From the IMG/VR virus record IMGVR_UViG_3300034691_000049, positions 1 through 64,000 of that record: DNA of 64,000 nucleotides, one strand, 5' to 3'. Below the pieces are notes generated by a model. It did not search any database, was not told the origin of the DNA, and saw nothing but the letters and a program-made list of their open reading frames with translations. This DNA comes from a virus. The position numbers and the translations under genes are program-made. Below, piece after piece: positions 55,648 to 64,000 of this stretch (positions are counted from its first letter, which is position 1; the number at the start of each line of letters is the position of its first letter).

Positions 55648-55902
55648 TTAGAAGGCTATGCTTTTCAGCGCAGCCAGTTTCTTTTCGGTGGACGCGATCT
55701 TGCGTTTCACCATGTCGTTTGCCCGCTCTTTGGCGGCCTCTTCAGTGAGGTGCCAGTCGTTACCGTGGGCATATTGGTCGTAAAAAGTACCGGGCCGACG
55801 GTAGGAGACAAAAGACCCATCTTTGGAGAGGGTGCCGGTCACCGTCATGATGCCTTTAGTGAGCGCGTAGCGCGTCACCCAAACTATTTGCTGTTCTGCC
55901 AT
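55648..55902 (-). CDS. hypothetical protein
   Basis: VWVTRYALTKGI...WHLTEEAA...SIAF; common phage family pattern. Confidence 0.7.
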   Translation of the reverse strand: MAEQQIVWVTRYALTKGIMTVTGTLSKDGSFVSYRRPGTFYDQYAHGNDWHLTEEAAKERANDMVKRKIASTEKKLAALKSIAF

Positions 55903-55904
55903 GG

Positions 55905-56426
55905 TTACTCCGAATCGATGGCGCCGACGGGTTCGTCGGCTTGGGATTGATATTTACCTTTATAAAAGGCAGGTTCTTGGACCTCGTGGAACATCACCTG
56001 CGCGATGCCCGCGCCGGCCGGGATGATCAGCTCACTTTCGCCGTGGTAGACCAGCTCAAGCGTCAGGAAGCCCTTCCAACCCGGTTCGATGACTGTGTTG
56101 AACACCGACAGCCCACGGCGAGCCCAAGTGGACTTGTCATGGACAATCCCTGTGAGGAAGGGGGGCATGTTGAACTCTTCCATGGCCGAGGCCAGGGCGA
56201 AGCGTCCCGGTTCGTAGATTTCACCGTCAACTGAGACAAAAGGCACCTTTAGGTAGCCATACTGGGGCTTGTCTACATGTTTGAAGTGGATATCCTGCTT
56301 GATGCGGATGTCATAACCCGCTTCACCCAGCCCGTAGGACGTACCGCCCGGGCCGGTGAGCTTCTTGCCGTGCATATCAACGATAGGTCGGGCTGTCAGC
56401 AGGTAACTGCGATTGACGACCGTCAT
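55905..56426 (-). CDS. dcd: dCTP deaminase
   Basis: GYDIR, HDKSTWARRG, VIEPGWKGFLTLEL and YKGKYQ. Confidence 0.9.
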   Translation of the reverse strand: MTVVNRSYLLTARPIVDMHGKKLTGPGGTSYGLGEAGYDIRIKQDIHFKHVDKPQYGYLKVPFVSVDGEIYEPGRFALASAMEEFNMPPFLTGIVHDKSTWARRGLSVFNTVIEPGWKGFLTLELVYHGESELIIPAGAGIAQVMFHEVQEPAFYKGKYQSQADEPVGAIDSE

Positions 56427-56581
56427 ACCACGTCCTCGAACGTGATAACGATTTCGCGGTTGGGAATAGCCGCTGCCAGGGCAGTTTCCATTGCAACACG
56501 CAAATCGGTGTCGGTGTCTTCAGTTTGCTCGTCATTGGGGACGGCAACTGTCACAACGTAAACATAGGTGCTATTACTCAC
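56423..56581 (-). CDS. 52-aa hypothetical protein (below ORF-track cutoff)
   Basis: GTG start with AGGAG SD; MSNSTYVYVVTVAVPND...; stop overlaps the dcd start. Confidence 0.55.
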   Translation of the reverse strand: MSNSTYVYVVTVAVPNDEQTEDTDTDLRVAMETALAAAIPNREIVITFEDVV

Positions 56582-56757
56582 TTGGTTTGCTCCTTTTCAA
56601 AGCAAGGGACGCACTTAGCGCCGTACATGGGACCACCGTGGCCACGAATACCGTGACCGCACTGCGAACACGAGACAACACACGCAGTGGCGATTGTTCC
56701 GGGTTTCAGGTGGTGAATTGGTTTGCCTTCTTTGGTATAGCCGAGAATTTCGCTCAT
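56578..56757 (-). CDS. 59-aa Zn-finger-like protein (below ORF-track cutoff)
   Basis: MSEILGYTKEG...CSQC...CVPC. Confidence 0.55.
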   Translation of the reverse strand: MSEILGYTKEGKPIHHLKPGTIATACVVSCSQCGHGIRGHGGPMYGAKCVPCFEKEQTK

Positions 56758-56800
56758 ACGAACGGCCTCACGTAGACGTAATAAAACCAGACAGATGCGA

Positions 56801-56974
56801 TCACGGAATGTCGTGCTCCGCTTCGCATTCGATTTGCGCTACTGCTGGGAAGCCGTGCTGCTGAAGTTTGTCGTTAAGACAGCCTTCGACCAGCTCAGCG
56901 TACTCATATTCCAGCAACTCGTCGATTTGCCCTTCAGGGATGTACAAAGTACACATGACGATGACTTGTTTCAT
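56801..56974 (-). CDS. 57-aa acidic protein (below ORF-track cutoff)
   Basis: MKQVIVMCTLYIPEG...; ATGA overlap with the polymerase stop; AGGAGG SD. Confidence 0.55.
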   Translation of the reverse strand: MKQVIVMCTLYIPEGQIDELLEYEYAELVEGCLNDKLQQHGFPAVAQIECEAEHDIP

Positions 56975-59604
56975 GCAGCCTCCTTTTTACGAATTTTGAC
57001 CATATGTGCTTTGCACACGGCCTTAATGGTAGGAATGTCGGCATTAACCGGCAATGTCACTGGGGTAGCCCAGTTCGGATAAAACAAGTCGAGTGCAGCG
57101 CCGATCTTGACCTTGTCGTGGTGCAACTCGGGCAGATCCTGCCAAGACATTTCTTCGATCAACGCATTGTTCGCAAACTCCACCACAGCCGGATCATTTC
57201 GGATCAGGAGGTAGATGGCGTCGTGAATCAACGCAACTGGTTTGATGTCGTAGCGGAATGGGCTTGCATGCACACGTTTCATGAACGCAGCCGCCGCACG
57301 GTTGTTCAACAAGCCATACGACTGACCCATTGCGTTGCCCGCGGTACGACCTTCGGCTGCCACCTCTTTCGGGGTACAGTCCAGGCCCAGGTACGACCGG
57401 CCGAGCATTGGAGTGCGCAGACGCAAGCCAAATGCCACAGTGACGTAGCCGTCACGGGTCGCTTGAACCAAACGGTCCATGATGTACTCGGTCGAGGCCT
57501 TGTACAGATCGTGGAAGTTCGCTTCGATCCGTTTCGCTTTCTCTTCTGACCAACCAAGGTTTTTCATCAGAGTGGCGAACGTTCCCTGATAAGTCAGGGC
57601 GAAAGTTGGTGCTTTCGACTCTTGACGCAGGTCCGGGTACTTCTTGGCGATGCTGTTGATCGAATCAACCGAAGTTGGGTCAATGTCTGGCATTTGGTCC
57701 ATGAAGTATGCATAGGCACGCAGACAGTGACCATCGTAGCCGTCGAGGTAAACCTTCAGCTTGTTTGGGTCTTTCGTCGTCAGTGCAGAGATGTAATCCT
57801 CCAGACTGTTGAAGTCAGCACCCGCGAAGATCCAACCCAACGGACCCATGAACATTTCTTTAATCAGCTTGCCGTAAGCGGAGCCAGCCGGCAGGTTTTG
57901 CATGTTTGGGTCGGATGAAGACAGCCGGCCTGATACAGTGCCGCCGATGTTGAACACGCCGTGCAGATAACGCATGCCGTCGGCTTTGAGGATGCCATTC
58001 TCGAAAGCAGGCATAAACGCCTGGAGAATCTTGGTCACTGCTGAATAGTCGATTAACGCTTGCAGCAGAACCTTATACGGTGCTGCCTTTTCATGCTCGA
58101 TCAACTGGGCAATGATTTTGCCGCCACTGGCCGGTGCCTTGGTAGGCGTGCGGGCAATGATCGGCAAACCCATCAAGTCATACAGGAGCTTCTGCAATTG
58201 CAGCGGGGAACCTGGGTTGAACACCGTATCTGCAAACTTCTCCAGCGGGTGCTGTTTCGTCTTCAGTTTAGCGTTCGCCGTCTCCATCGCCGCAGTTTGC
58301 AGGATGAAGTTTAGCTTCGAGGTCAGAGGATCATCTTGGATGATGCGCAGATAACCTTCTTGCAGCTTCTCCAGTTTTTCTTTGGTTTCGATGATCTTCT
58401 TCGGGTCCATCGGCAGTCCCACCAACTCAACGTTGATGATCAGCTTCATGGAGTCCTTCATCAGGCCGTTGTACAGATCAAGCTGCTGATCACGCACCAC
58501 GACAGGCATGTGCTTGTCATAGGTGTAATTCGTGGCCATGCAGTCTACGCCGTTGTACCGGAGTAGATTCGGCAACGGGATTTTACGGATGTCCTTGATG
58601 TCGTCCTCGGCATAGTTGCCGGTGAACTCTTGCGACTGGTATTTCAGGCCCAGGGTGTTACCCGAGCACGAGTTGACCGACAGGTAACTCAGGATCTTTG
58701 TGCAATCGAGATTGCTGCACATGATGTCCAAACCTTCCAGGCAGCTCTTGTAATCCAGAGGATCACGCATCCAGAGGTTGTAAATCAGGTGCTTTACGTC
58801 AAACGTTGCACTGTGGAACCGTTTTGCGCCTATGTACTTCTTGAGGAAGTCCTTGAGTATTTGACGTACCTCTTCGTTGTCCCGACGGTAGTGGTAGTTA
58901 CCATCATCATCCTTTTCCCCTAAATCGTTGAGATCTACAGGGAAAGCAATGAAGTCGTGGTGGGTCCAGGCCAAAGCAAACGTGGCAATACCACATTCGT
59001 CCAATCGAAGGCTGTAGCCCTCAATGTCCATCGCCAGATGCGGGAACTTGTGCAGTTCCATCAAAGCGTTACGGATTTGGTCCGGGGTCTTCGGGTAGAA
59101 CTCCGAATGGATGATTTGATCGCCTGGCGGGACGTAGTTGCCTTTATAGACGCTGCATAGCGCATCAAGGCCCTGATCCAGGTGGGCTTTCTTATCCGGG
59201 GCAAACACCAGCACCTGGTAGTTCACGCCCAACACAACTTGCATGTGTTCGTACCCGGGCACCGCACAGGGCAGCGAATAACCGAGGTGAACCTCTGCCT
59301 TTTTCTGTCCGGTCAGGTACTTAAAATACGTACCGTCGGTGCAGTAGATGTATTTGACGTGGGCCTTCTCCAATACTTTCAGCAAATTGGCTGAATAGGA
59401 CTTCACTTGCGCCGCTGACACCTTTTTTGCACTTTCGTACGAAAGGGTGAAGGCGATGCAGTCTTCCTGCGGAATGCCCCGGTCTTTGAGCGGTTGAATG
59501 TAGTTCTTGTGAATCAGTGCCTGATCAAACGTGTATTGTTTCATCAGGACGGCCACTGGGTAGTGACCGCTTTCGTTCTTCTGAAAGAAGAGATGATGGC
59601 GCAC
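56971..59604 (-). CDS. family A DNA polymerase (N4-type)
   Basis: Exo I MDIEG, SGRLSSSDPNMQN, motif A DFNSLE, motif B RQESKAPTFALTYQG, motif C IHDA. Confidence 0.95.
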   Translation of the reverse strand: MRHHLFFQKNESGHYPVAVLMKQYTFDQALIHKNYIQPLKDRGIPQEDCIAFTLSYESAKKVSAAQVKSYSANLLKVLEKAHVKYIYCTDGTYFKYLTGQKKAEVHLGYSLPCAVPGYEHMQVVLGVNYQVLVFAPDKKAHLDQGLDALCSVYKGNYVPPGDQIIHSEFYPKTPDQIRNALMELHKFPHLAMDIEGYSLRLDECGIATFALAWTHHDFIAFPVDLNDLGEKDDDGNYHYRRDNEEVRQILKDFLKKYIGAKRFHSATFDVKHLIYNLWMRDPLDYKSCLEGLDIMCSNLDCTKILSYLSVNSCSGNTLGLKYQSQEFTGNYAEDDIKDIRKIPLPNLLRYNGVDCMATNYTYDKHMPVVVRDQQLDLYNGLMKDSMKLIINVELVGLPMDPKKIIETKEKLEKLQEGYLRIIQDDPLTSKLNFILQTAAMETANAKLKTKQHPLEKFADTVFNPGSPLQLQKLLYDLMGLPIIARTPTKAPASGGKIIAQLIEHEKAAPYKVLLQALIDYSAVTKILQAFMPAFENGILKADGMRYLHGVFNIGGTVSGRLSSSDPNMQNLPAGSAYGKLIKEMFMGPLGWIFAGADFNSLEDYISALTTKDPNKLKVYLDGYDGHCLRAYAYFMDQMPDIDPTSVDSINSIAKKYPDLRQESKAPTFALTYQGTFATLMKNLGWSEEKAKRIEANFHDLYKASTEYIMDRLVQATRDGYVTVAFGLRLRTPMLGRSYLGLDCTPKEVAAEGRTAGNAMGQSYGLLNNRAAAAFMKRVHASPFRYDIKPVALIHDAIYLLIRNDPAVVEFANNALIEEMSWQDLPELHHDKVKIGAALDLFYPNWATPVTLPVNADIPTIKAVCKAHMVKIRKKEAA

Positions 59605-60128
59605 TAGCTATCTCCTTGGATTAGATTTGTCATTAAGCGCACTTTGAGCGCGTCCAATGATCGCTCGCCGATGCCCATTTCGTGCGCGGCGTCGTCCATG
59701 TCAACATCGGCCAAATTAATGCCTTCTATTGCCAGAACTTGCTGGAACGGGTAACGCAATGCCGTCGGCAAGCGCTGAAAGAGAACTTCAGCATCATCCG
59801 AGGAGTTCAGCCACTTTTGAATGTAGCCGGCCACCAATGGACGTTCTTCTCGTTCGATCAGAAACTGTTCGTCGATAATCTTGTCCATTGCCGGCTGAAG
59901 GCTTTCAAACAGCCTAGGGATGTTCTGTGGGGGCTTTGCATACCTGGATTGCGTGTGGAACTTGTTGCGGTACATAAAGCCCCAATACTGGACACCAACC
60001 AAAGCGTCGTTCTCCGCGATAAGCTCGGTGAGCTTCCGTTTGTGGCGTTCCTCTACCGGGCCATACACATACGCAAGCAAGGCCTCACGCACTTTCAGTT
60101 TGAACGTCGCTTGTGCTCGGCGGTCCAT
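59604..60128 (-). CDS. conserved N4-like protein between helicase and polymerase
   Basis: Likely start MDRRAQ at 60128, overlapping the helicase stop. Confidence 0.65.
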   Translation of the reverse strand: MDRRAQATFKLKVREALLAYVYGPVEERHKRKLTELIAENDALVGVQYWGFMYRNKFHTQSRYAKPPQNIPRLFESLQPAMDKIIDEQFLIEREERPLVAGYIQKWLNSSDDAEVLFQRLPTALRYPFQQVLAIEGINLADVDMDDAAHEMGIGERSLDALKVRLMTNLIQGDS

Positions 60129-61378
60129 TATTTTCTCCGTAAATCTCCGGTCAGAATGATTCGGCTCCGGCCCCGGCTCAGTGCCACATACAAGATGCGG
60201 GCAAGCTGTTCCAGTGTCCGGCATTTGGAACAAATGTCGTTGAGGTCGATCATGACAATGTCATAGGTCGAGCCCTGGGACTTGTTGACGGTCTGTGCGA
60301 ACGAAGGACGCAGATCGATCCAAGTGTCGAGGATGATCTTCATCGCGTGGTAGTCGTCCTCACGGACAGCCTCAGCATGGGCCTTGTCCTTCTGCCCGCG
60401 GTGCTTGGGCATGAAGTAGTAGCTGCCTTTGCCGCGCAATAGCAGTTGGTAACCCTCCACGAAGTATTCCTTGGTCAGTTCCACTTCTTCAAGCGTGACC
60501 TCTTCGTTGGCGTTGCATTTACTGCCGTTGTTTTGCACGGCTTCGTTGACCAGCATACGCTGACCTACTTGCGGCACAGTGGTGCCCAGCACCTTCTTCG
60601 ACAAGAAGTTGTTGTAGCGGGTGACGCAGTCGTTGGTGTAGGCGAGAATCTTCACCTGCTTGTCACGTTCCTCGGTAAACAAGCGATACGCTTCGGCATT
60701 GAACTCTTCCTGGGACAACCGATCGATTACGCCCGGGGTGAGCGGAAACTTCGACCAACTGCCTTCCATTACGGCAGCACGTAGGTTGCCCATCAGTGTT
60801 TGCAACACACCGCCTTCGAAGCGGACCAAATCGGTCAGTTCGATCTCGCACGCGTTCAAATTGAACGCAGGCATGACATCGCTTTCGATAGGCGTGAGTT
60901 GCGCCGGATCGCCGATAAACACCAGCTTGCAGCGCTTGGTTTGTTGAAGGATCTTGCGCAGCAATACATCATCGATAAAGCTGGCTTCGTCTATGAACAC
61001 CAGTGAGTTTTCCAGGCCATCGCCGTACTCGACCAAGGTTTTCTTCTTGGTCTTGTAGTCGGTGGACAAGCGCAGCTCACAGGCACTGTGAATGGTCTTG
61101 ACCTCTTGGGCGTAACCAACAGCCAGAGCAAAGGCCTCGGCTGCTTGGTTGGTCGTTGCGGTCAACACGATTTCTGGCGGACGGTATTCGGGCGCACATA
61201 GCTTGGCCATGGCATCCATTTGCGGAAGATCTTCCAACAACCGGCGCACGAGCGTCGTTTTGCCGGTGCCGCTGTATCCCTTGAGCACCATCACCGTCTG
61301 GGCCGGGTCCAGGTAAAAGCTCAGGAATTTATCGTAACCACGCTCCTGACTCGGAGTTAAATCAAAATGGTTCATCAT
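60128..61378 (-). CDS. SF1B (Dda/RecD-like) DNA helicase
   Basis: GYSGTGKT, FIDEAS, GDPAQL, TVNKSQGSTY and YVALSR. Confidence 0.92.
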   Translation of the reverse strand: MMNHFDLTPSQERGYDKFLSFYLDPAQTVMVLKGYSGTGKTTLVRRLLEDLPQMDAMAKLCAPEYRPPEIVLTATTNQAAEAFALAVGYAQEVKTIHSACELRLSTDYKTKKKTLVEYGDGLENSLVFIDEASFIDDVLLRKILQQTKRCKLVFIGDPAQLTPIESDVMPAFNLNACEIELTDLVRFEGGVLQTLMGNLRAAVMEGSWSKFPLTPGVIDRLSQEEFNAEAYRLFTEERDKQVKILAYTNDCVTRYNNFLSKKVLGTTVPQVGQRMLVNEAVQNNGSKCNANEEVTLEEVELTKEYFVEGYQLLLRGKGSYYFMPKHRGQKDKAHAEAVREDDYHAMKIILDTWIDLRPSFAQTVNKSQGSTYDIVMIDLNDICSKCRTLEQLARILYVALSRGRSRIILTGDLRRK

Positions 61379-62555
61379 CGACATCAAACCGAATTGTGGT
61401 GCCGAAGTCGCAGTGGAACATGTCCTTGGAATATCCATGGATCATCCACATGACCGGGCACCCGGGGTTGAAGGAAGGATGGCTATATTCACCATCCGTG
61501 AAGACGCAAAGCGCCGTCGGCTTGTTGAGCTTCGCCCACTCCATCAGCGGCTCGATGCAAGTACCGCCACGACCACGCAGCTCAAGATTGGCCATGTCGC
61601 GGACAGTCTTCAACCGGTGCACCGATTTGATCTCGCAGGTGAACTGCACCAACGTTATCCGTTCTGGTTTAAGGTTGCGAATCACAGCCATCAGCTCACT
61701 GACGTAGCGCTTGATGTCTTTATCGCTGACCGAACTCGACATGTCGAATGCGAACGCGATGTGTCCCAGCTTTTTGCCTTGCAGCCCGGGCATCAACATC
61801 GGGTAGAACCGGCGATTGAGCTTCTGCCAACTGTAATTGGACTTGTCGATGGCGTTGAAGAACTTACGCAAATGCGCAGCCATCGGCAGTTTCGGTTTCA
61901 GCAGGCTATCCAGAAAGACCTGCACGTCGGCCGGGACCGAGCCAGCAGCCTGACCACCTTTCATTTGGGCAGCAACAGCCGCCGAAGTGATGTTGGCTTT
62001 GACTGCCTGCTTGACTTGATTGGGGTCCAGCCCGGGTTCAGACATGCCTGGCTGACGCAGATCGTTCATCGGCGTACCGTCACCAGGTTTGCTGCCACTG
62101 CCGCCACCATCAGGCTCTGGGTTTTCCTGCAACAGCCGGTAGACCTGAAGCGTGTTCATGCCCCGGTACTGCACGTCGTAGCACCAGTTGACCAAAGGCT
62201 CAAAGCCGGCCTGTACCAGGAAGTCGTTGATGACGTAGTCAGCCGCCCGGTTAAAGCGCATGTGGTTCTCTGGGGAGATCCCGTGAACCTTGGCCAGCTC
62301 CATGTGATCGAGCGCCGCGTGCATCGCCTCGTGGGCAATCAGCGTGGGTCGTTGCTTACGCGTCAGCCCCAGGAAGAAGCCAGTGTTATAGAAGATGGCC
62401 AGCCCGTCAGTAGCCGCGGTCTGATTGTCCGGGCCGTCATCCACGATCTGTTTCATCATCAGGGCCAGGGTGGTCACAAAAGTGGCCGCGGGCATTTGCA
62501 TCAGGTCCAGTCGTGCCTTGGTGACAGCCTTCCAAAACTCAGTATTTTGTTCCAT
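61362..62555 (-). CDS. HExxH metallopeptidase-like + vWA-like protein (DUF2201 type)
   Basis: TAATDG, AHEAMH, AADYVIN, DMSSSV MIDAS-like, GRGGT and FTDG. Confidence 0.85.
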   Translation of the reverse strand: MEQNTEFWKAVTKARLDLMQMPAATFVTTLALMMKQIVDDGPDNQTAATDGLAIFYNTGFFLGLTRKQRPTLIAHEAMHAALDHMELAKVHGISPENHMRFNRAADYVINDFLVQAGFEPLVNWCYDVQYRGMNTLQVYRLLQENPEPDGGGSGSKPGDGTPMNDLRQPGMSEPGLDPNQVKQAVKANITSAAVAAQMKGGQAAGSVPADVQVFLDSLLKPKLPMAAHLRKFFNAIDKSNYSWQKLNRRFYPMLMPGLQGKKLGHIAFAFDMSSSVSDKDIKRYVSELMAVIRNLKPERITLVQFTCEIKSVHRLKTVRDMANLELRGRGGTCIEPLMEWAKLNKPTALCVFTDGEYSHPSFNPGCPVMWMIHGYSKDMFHCDFGTTIRFDVDDEPF

Positions 62556-62579
62556 TGGTTTGCCTCCAAGGCAGAATGG

Positions 62580-63011
62580 TTATTGAGAGAGCAGATTGCG
62601 CAGTTTGTGCATTTGCCCGTTTGCTTCGCGATCATCCCACGATTCCTGTCCGCAGCAGACGTGACAGATGCGATATCGTGTTACATCGTCCATATCACGG
62701 GGAAGGTAACGTTCATAGACTGCGGCTAGCCCTGGGTCAGGCACCAAATTGCTGTGCATAATGGTGCCATCATGCCCATATCGGAATTGTCCGCGCTGGT
62801 TAGCAGACAATGAGCCCTTTACCGGGAAACATGCGTAATTAAACGAGATTCCTGCTGCCCATAAGGCATCCCTCACAGGACCGCCTTGCACAGAAACTAG
62901 AAGCACCATCATGTCGCCACATGACCAGATTCTGGGCATTTTGCGAATGTTGAGTGCTTCCAGCACGGCCACGCAGTCATCCGGTTTGAAACCAATAGCT
63001 GTAGTGGCCAT
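62580..63011 (-). CDS. hypothetical protein
   Basis: Likely start MATTAIG at 63011. Confidence 0.6.
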   Translation of the reverse strand: MATTAIGFKPDDCVAVLEALNIRKMPRIWSCGDMMVLLVSVQGGPVRDALWAAGISFNYACFPVKGSLSANQRGQFRYGHDGTIMHSNLVPDPGLAAVYERYLPRDMDDVTRYRICHVCCGQESWDDREANGQMHKLRNLLSQ

Positions 63012-63039
63012 GTTGTAACCCCACTTTATATTGAAGGGA

Positions 63040-64000
63040 TCAGCCGACGAAGTCTTTGGCATTGGCCTTCATCCAAGCGGAAACCGCAGGATCGCCCAAT
63101 ACCGCCATGCCTTGACGGCGAGTGATGTTGCGCATGGTCACGATTTGGAACTCGGACGGAATCCGTTCGATGTATTCCATCATCACCTTGGCGTTGTCCT
63201 TGTCGAACCAGTCGCCCAGGGCGCCGGTCAATGCGTACAGCGGACCCGGCTCGTGAGAGCCCGGGACCAGCGCAGTTTTCGGGTTGACCAGGATGTCGGA
63301 TTTCTTCGGCAGACCTGCACGCATGCTGGCGAAGGCTACGAACTCGGTAGCAATTGCGTTGATGCAGCCGGCAATCGGTACTTGTTTGTTCAATGGGTTG
63401 CCTTTCCAGACATCCAGCAGCTTGTTCACGAAAGTCCACGAACGTGGGCACGCAAACGGTTGATCCGGGTTTTGGCTGTCGAAGGTGTAGAACGCCGCTG
63501 GGCGCCATTCCAGGTACGAAGTGATCAGGGAACGGACGTTGTTGCCTTTTTGCGCCCACTTCATCCAGTGATTCATGTCGGCAGTGACCGATAGGTTGAT
63601 CAGCCGGGAGATCAGTGCCGTGGACATTGGGACTGTCACAGCCTGGTCGTCGTCGTGGTTACCGGCCGCACAGATGTGCGCCAGCGGATGAAGATCGCGC
63701 TGCCCAACCTTCCGGTCGAGGAAGAACTTGTAACTGGCCGCTTGGACCATTTCCGGCGCCGAAGTCAACTCGTCGCAGAACACCAGCCAGCCAGAATACT
63801 GCTGACCGGTTTTTGGGTTGATTGGCAGCTCGTCGGTGTCGAGCGGGAAGTTTTCCAGCGGGTAGTAGCGAGCCACACCTTTGACCATGTCCAGGCCGGG
63901 GAAACCGTTCATATCGGTCGGGTCGAAGCCGGCGAAGCGGTTGTCGATCAGTAGCAGGTTCATTTCGTCAGCAATTTCACTGATGACGGCGGATTTGGTA
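63040..64000 (-). CDS. MoxR-like AAA+ ATPase, 5'-truncated by the window edge
   Basis: Frame stays open to 64000 (TKSAVISEIADEM...); Walker B VFCDE, AAGN, ALISR and PRSW; partner of the vWA gene. Confidence 0.85.
   Translation of the reverse strand, partial: TKSAVISEIADEMNLLLIDNRFAGFDPTDMNGFPGLDMVKGVARYYPLENFPLDTDELPINPKTGQQYSGWLVFCDELTSAPEMVQAASYKFFLDRKVGQRDLHPLAHICAAGNHDDDQAVTVPMSTALISRLINLSVTADMNHWMKWAQKGNNVRSLITSYLEWRPAAFYTFDSQNPDQPFACPRSWTFVNKLLDVWKGNPLNKQVPIAGCINAIATEFVAFASMRAGLPKKSDILVNPKTALVPGSHEPGPLYALTGALGDWFDKDNAKVMMEYIERIPSEFQIVTMRNITRRQGMAVLGDPAVSAWMKANAKDFVG

Noticed and set aside
63964-64000. TKS instead of GKS at the ATPase Walker A
   Set aside because: The motif is cut by the window edge, so it cannot be evaluated.

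Overview
The window covers most of the genome of an N4-like podovirus (Schitoviridae). A Pseudomonas-type host is an inference from gene content and layout. The sequence is circularly permuted, and the likely genome-end/terminal-repeat junction lies near 10.6-10.9 kb. To its left, minus-strand early genes run through three conserved vRNAP-type hairpin promoters, a gp2-like ssDNA-binding activator, a tandem array of small ORFs and the split RNAP II (RNAP1, plus the start of RNAP2). To its right, the plus-strand late block runs from terminase through portal, scaffold, major capsid and ejection proteins to a 3382-aa virion RNAP. Two tRNA-type genes follow, then a ~950-nt, densely base-paired region with no credible ORF. 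The minus-strand replication block (resolvase, SSB, AAA ATPase, primase, nuclease, dCTP deaminase, PolA, helicase, vWA/metallopeptidase, MoxR-like ATPase) is interrupted by a plus-strand tail/lysis module. The most notable unexplained items are four. (1) A candidate giant structured ncRNA at 37.6-38.6 kb, where G.U-pair asymmetry points to the minus strand. (2) About 12 divergent, translationally coupled early proteins that share only a C-terminal hP(E/D)xh(K/R)hAxM tail. (3) Fused nucleotide-signal sponge-like domains. (4) A holin RBS buried in a 13-bp hairpin whose loop carries a late-promoter-like motif. All family assignments come from motif recognition by eye; no searches were run.
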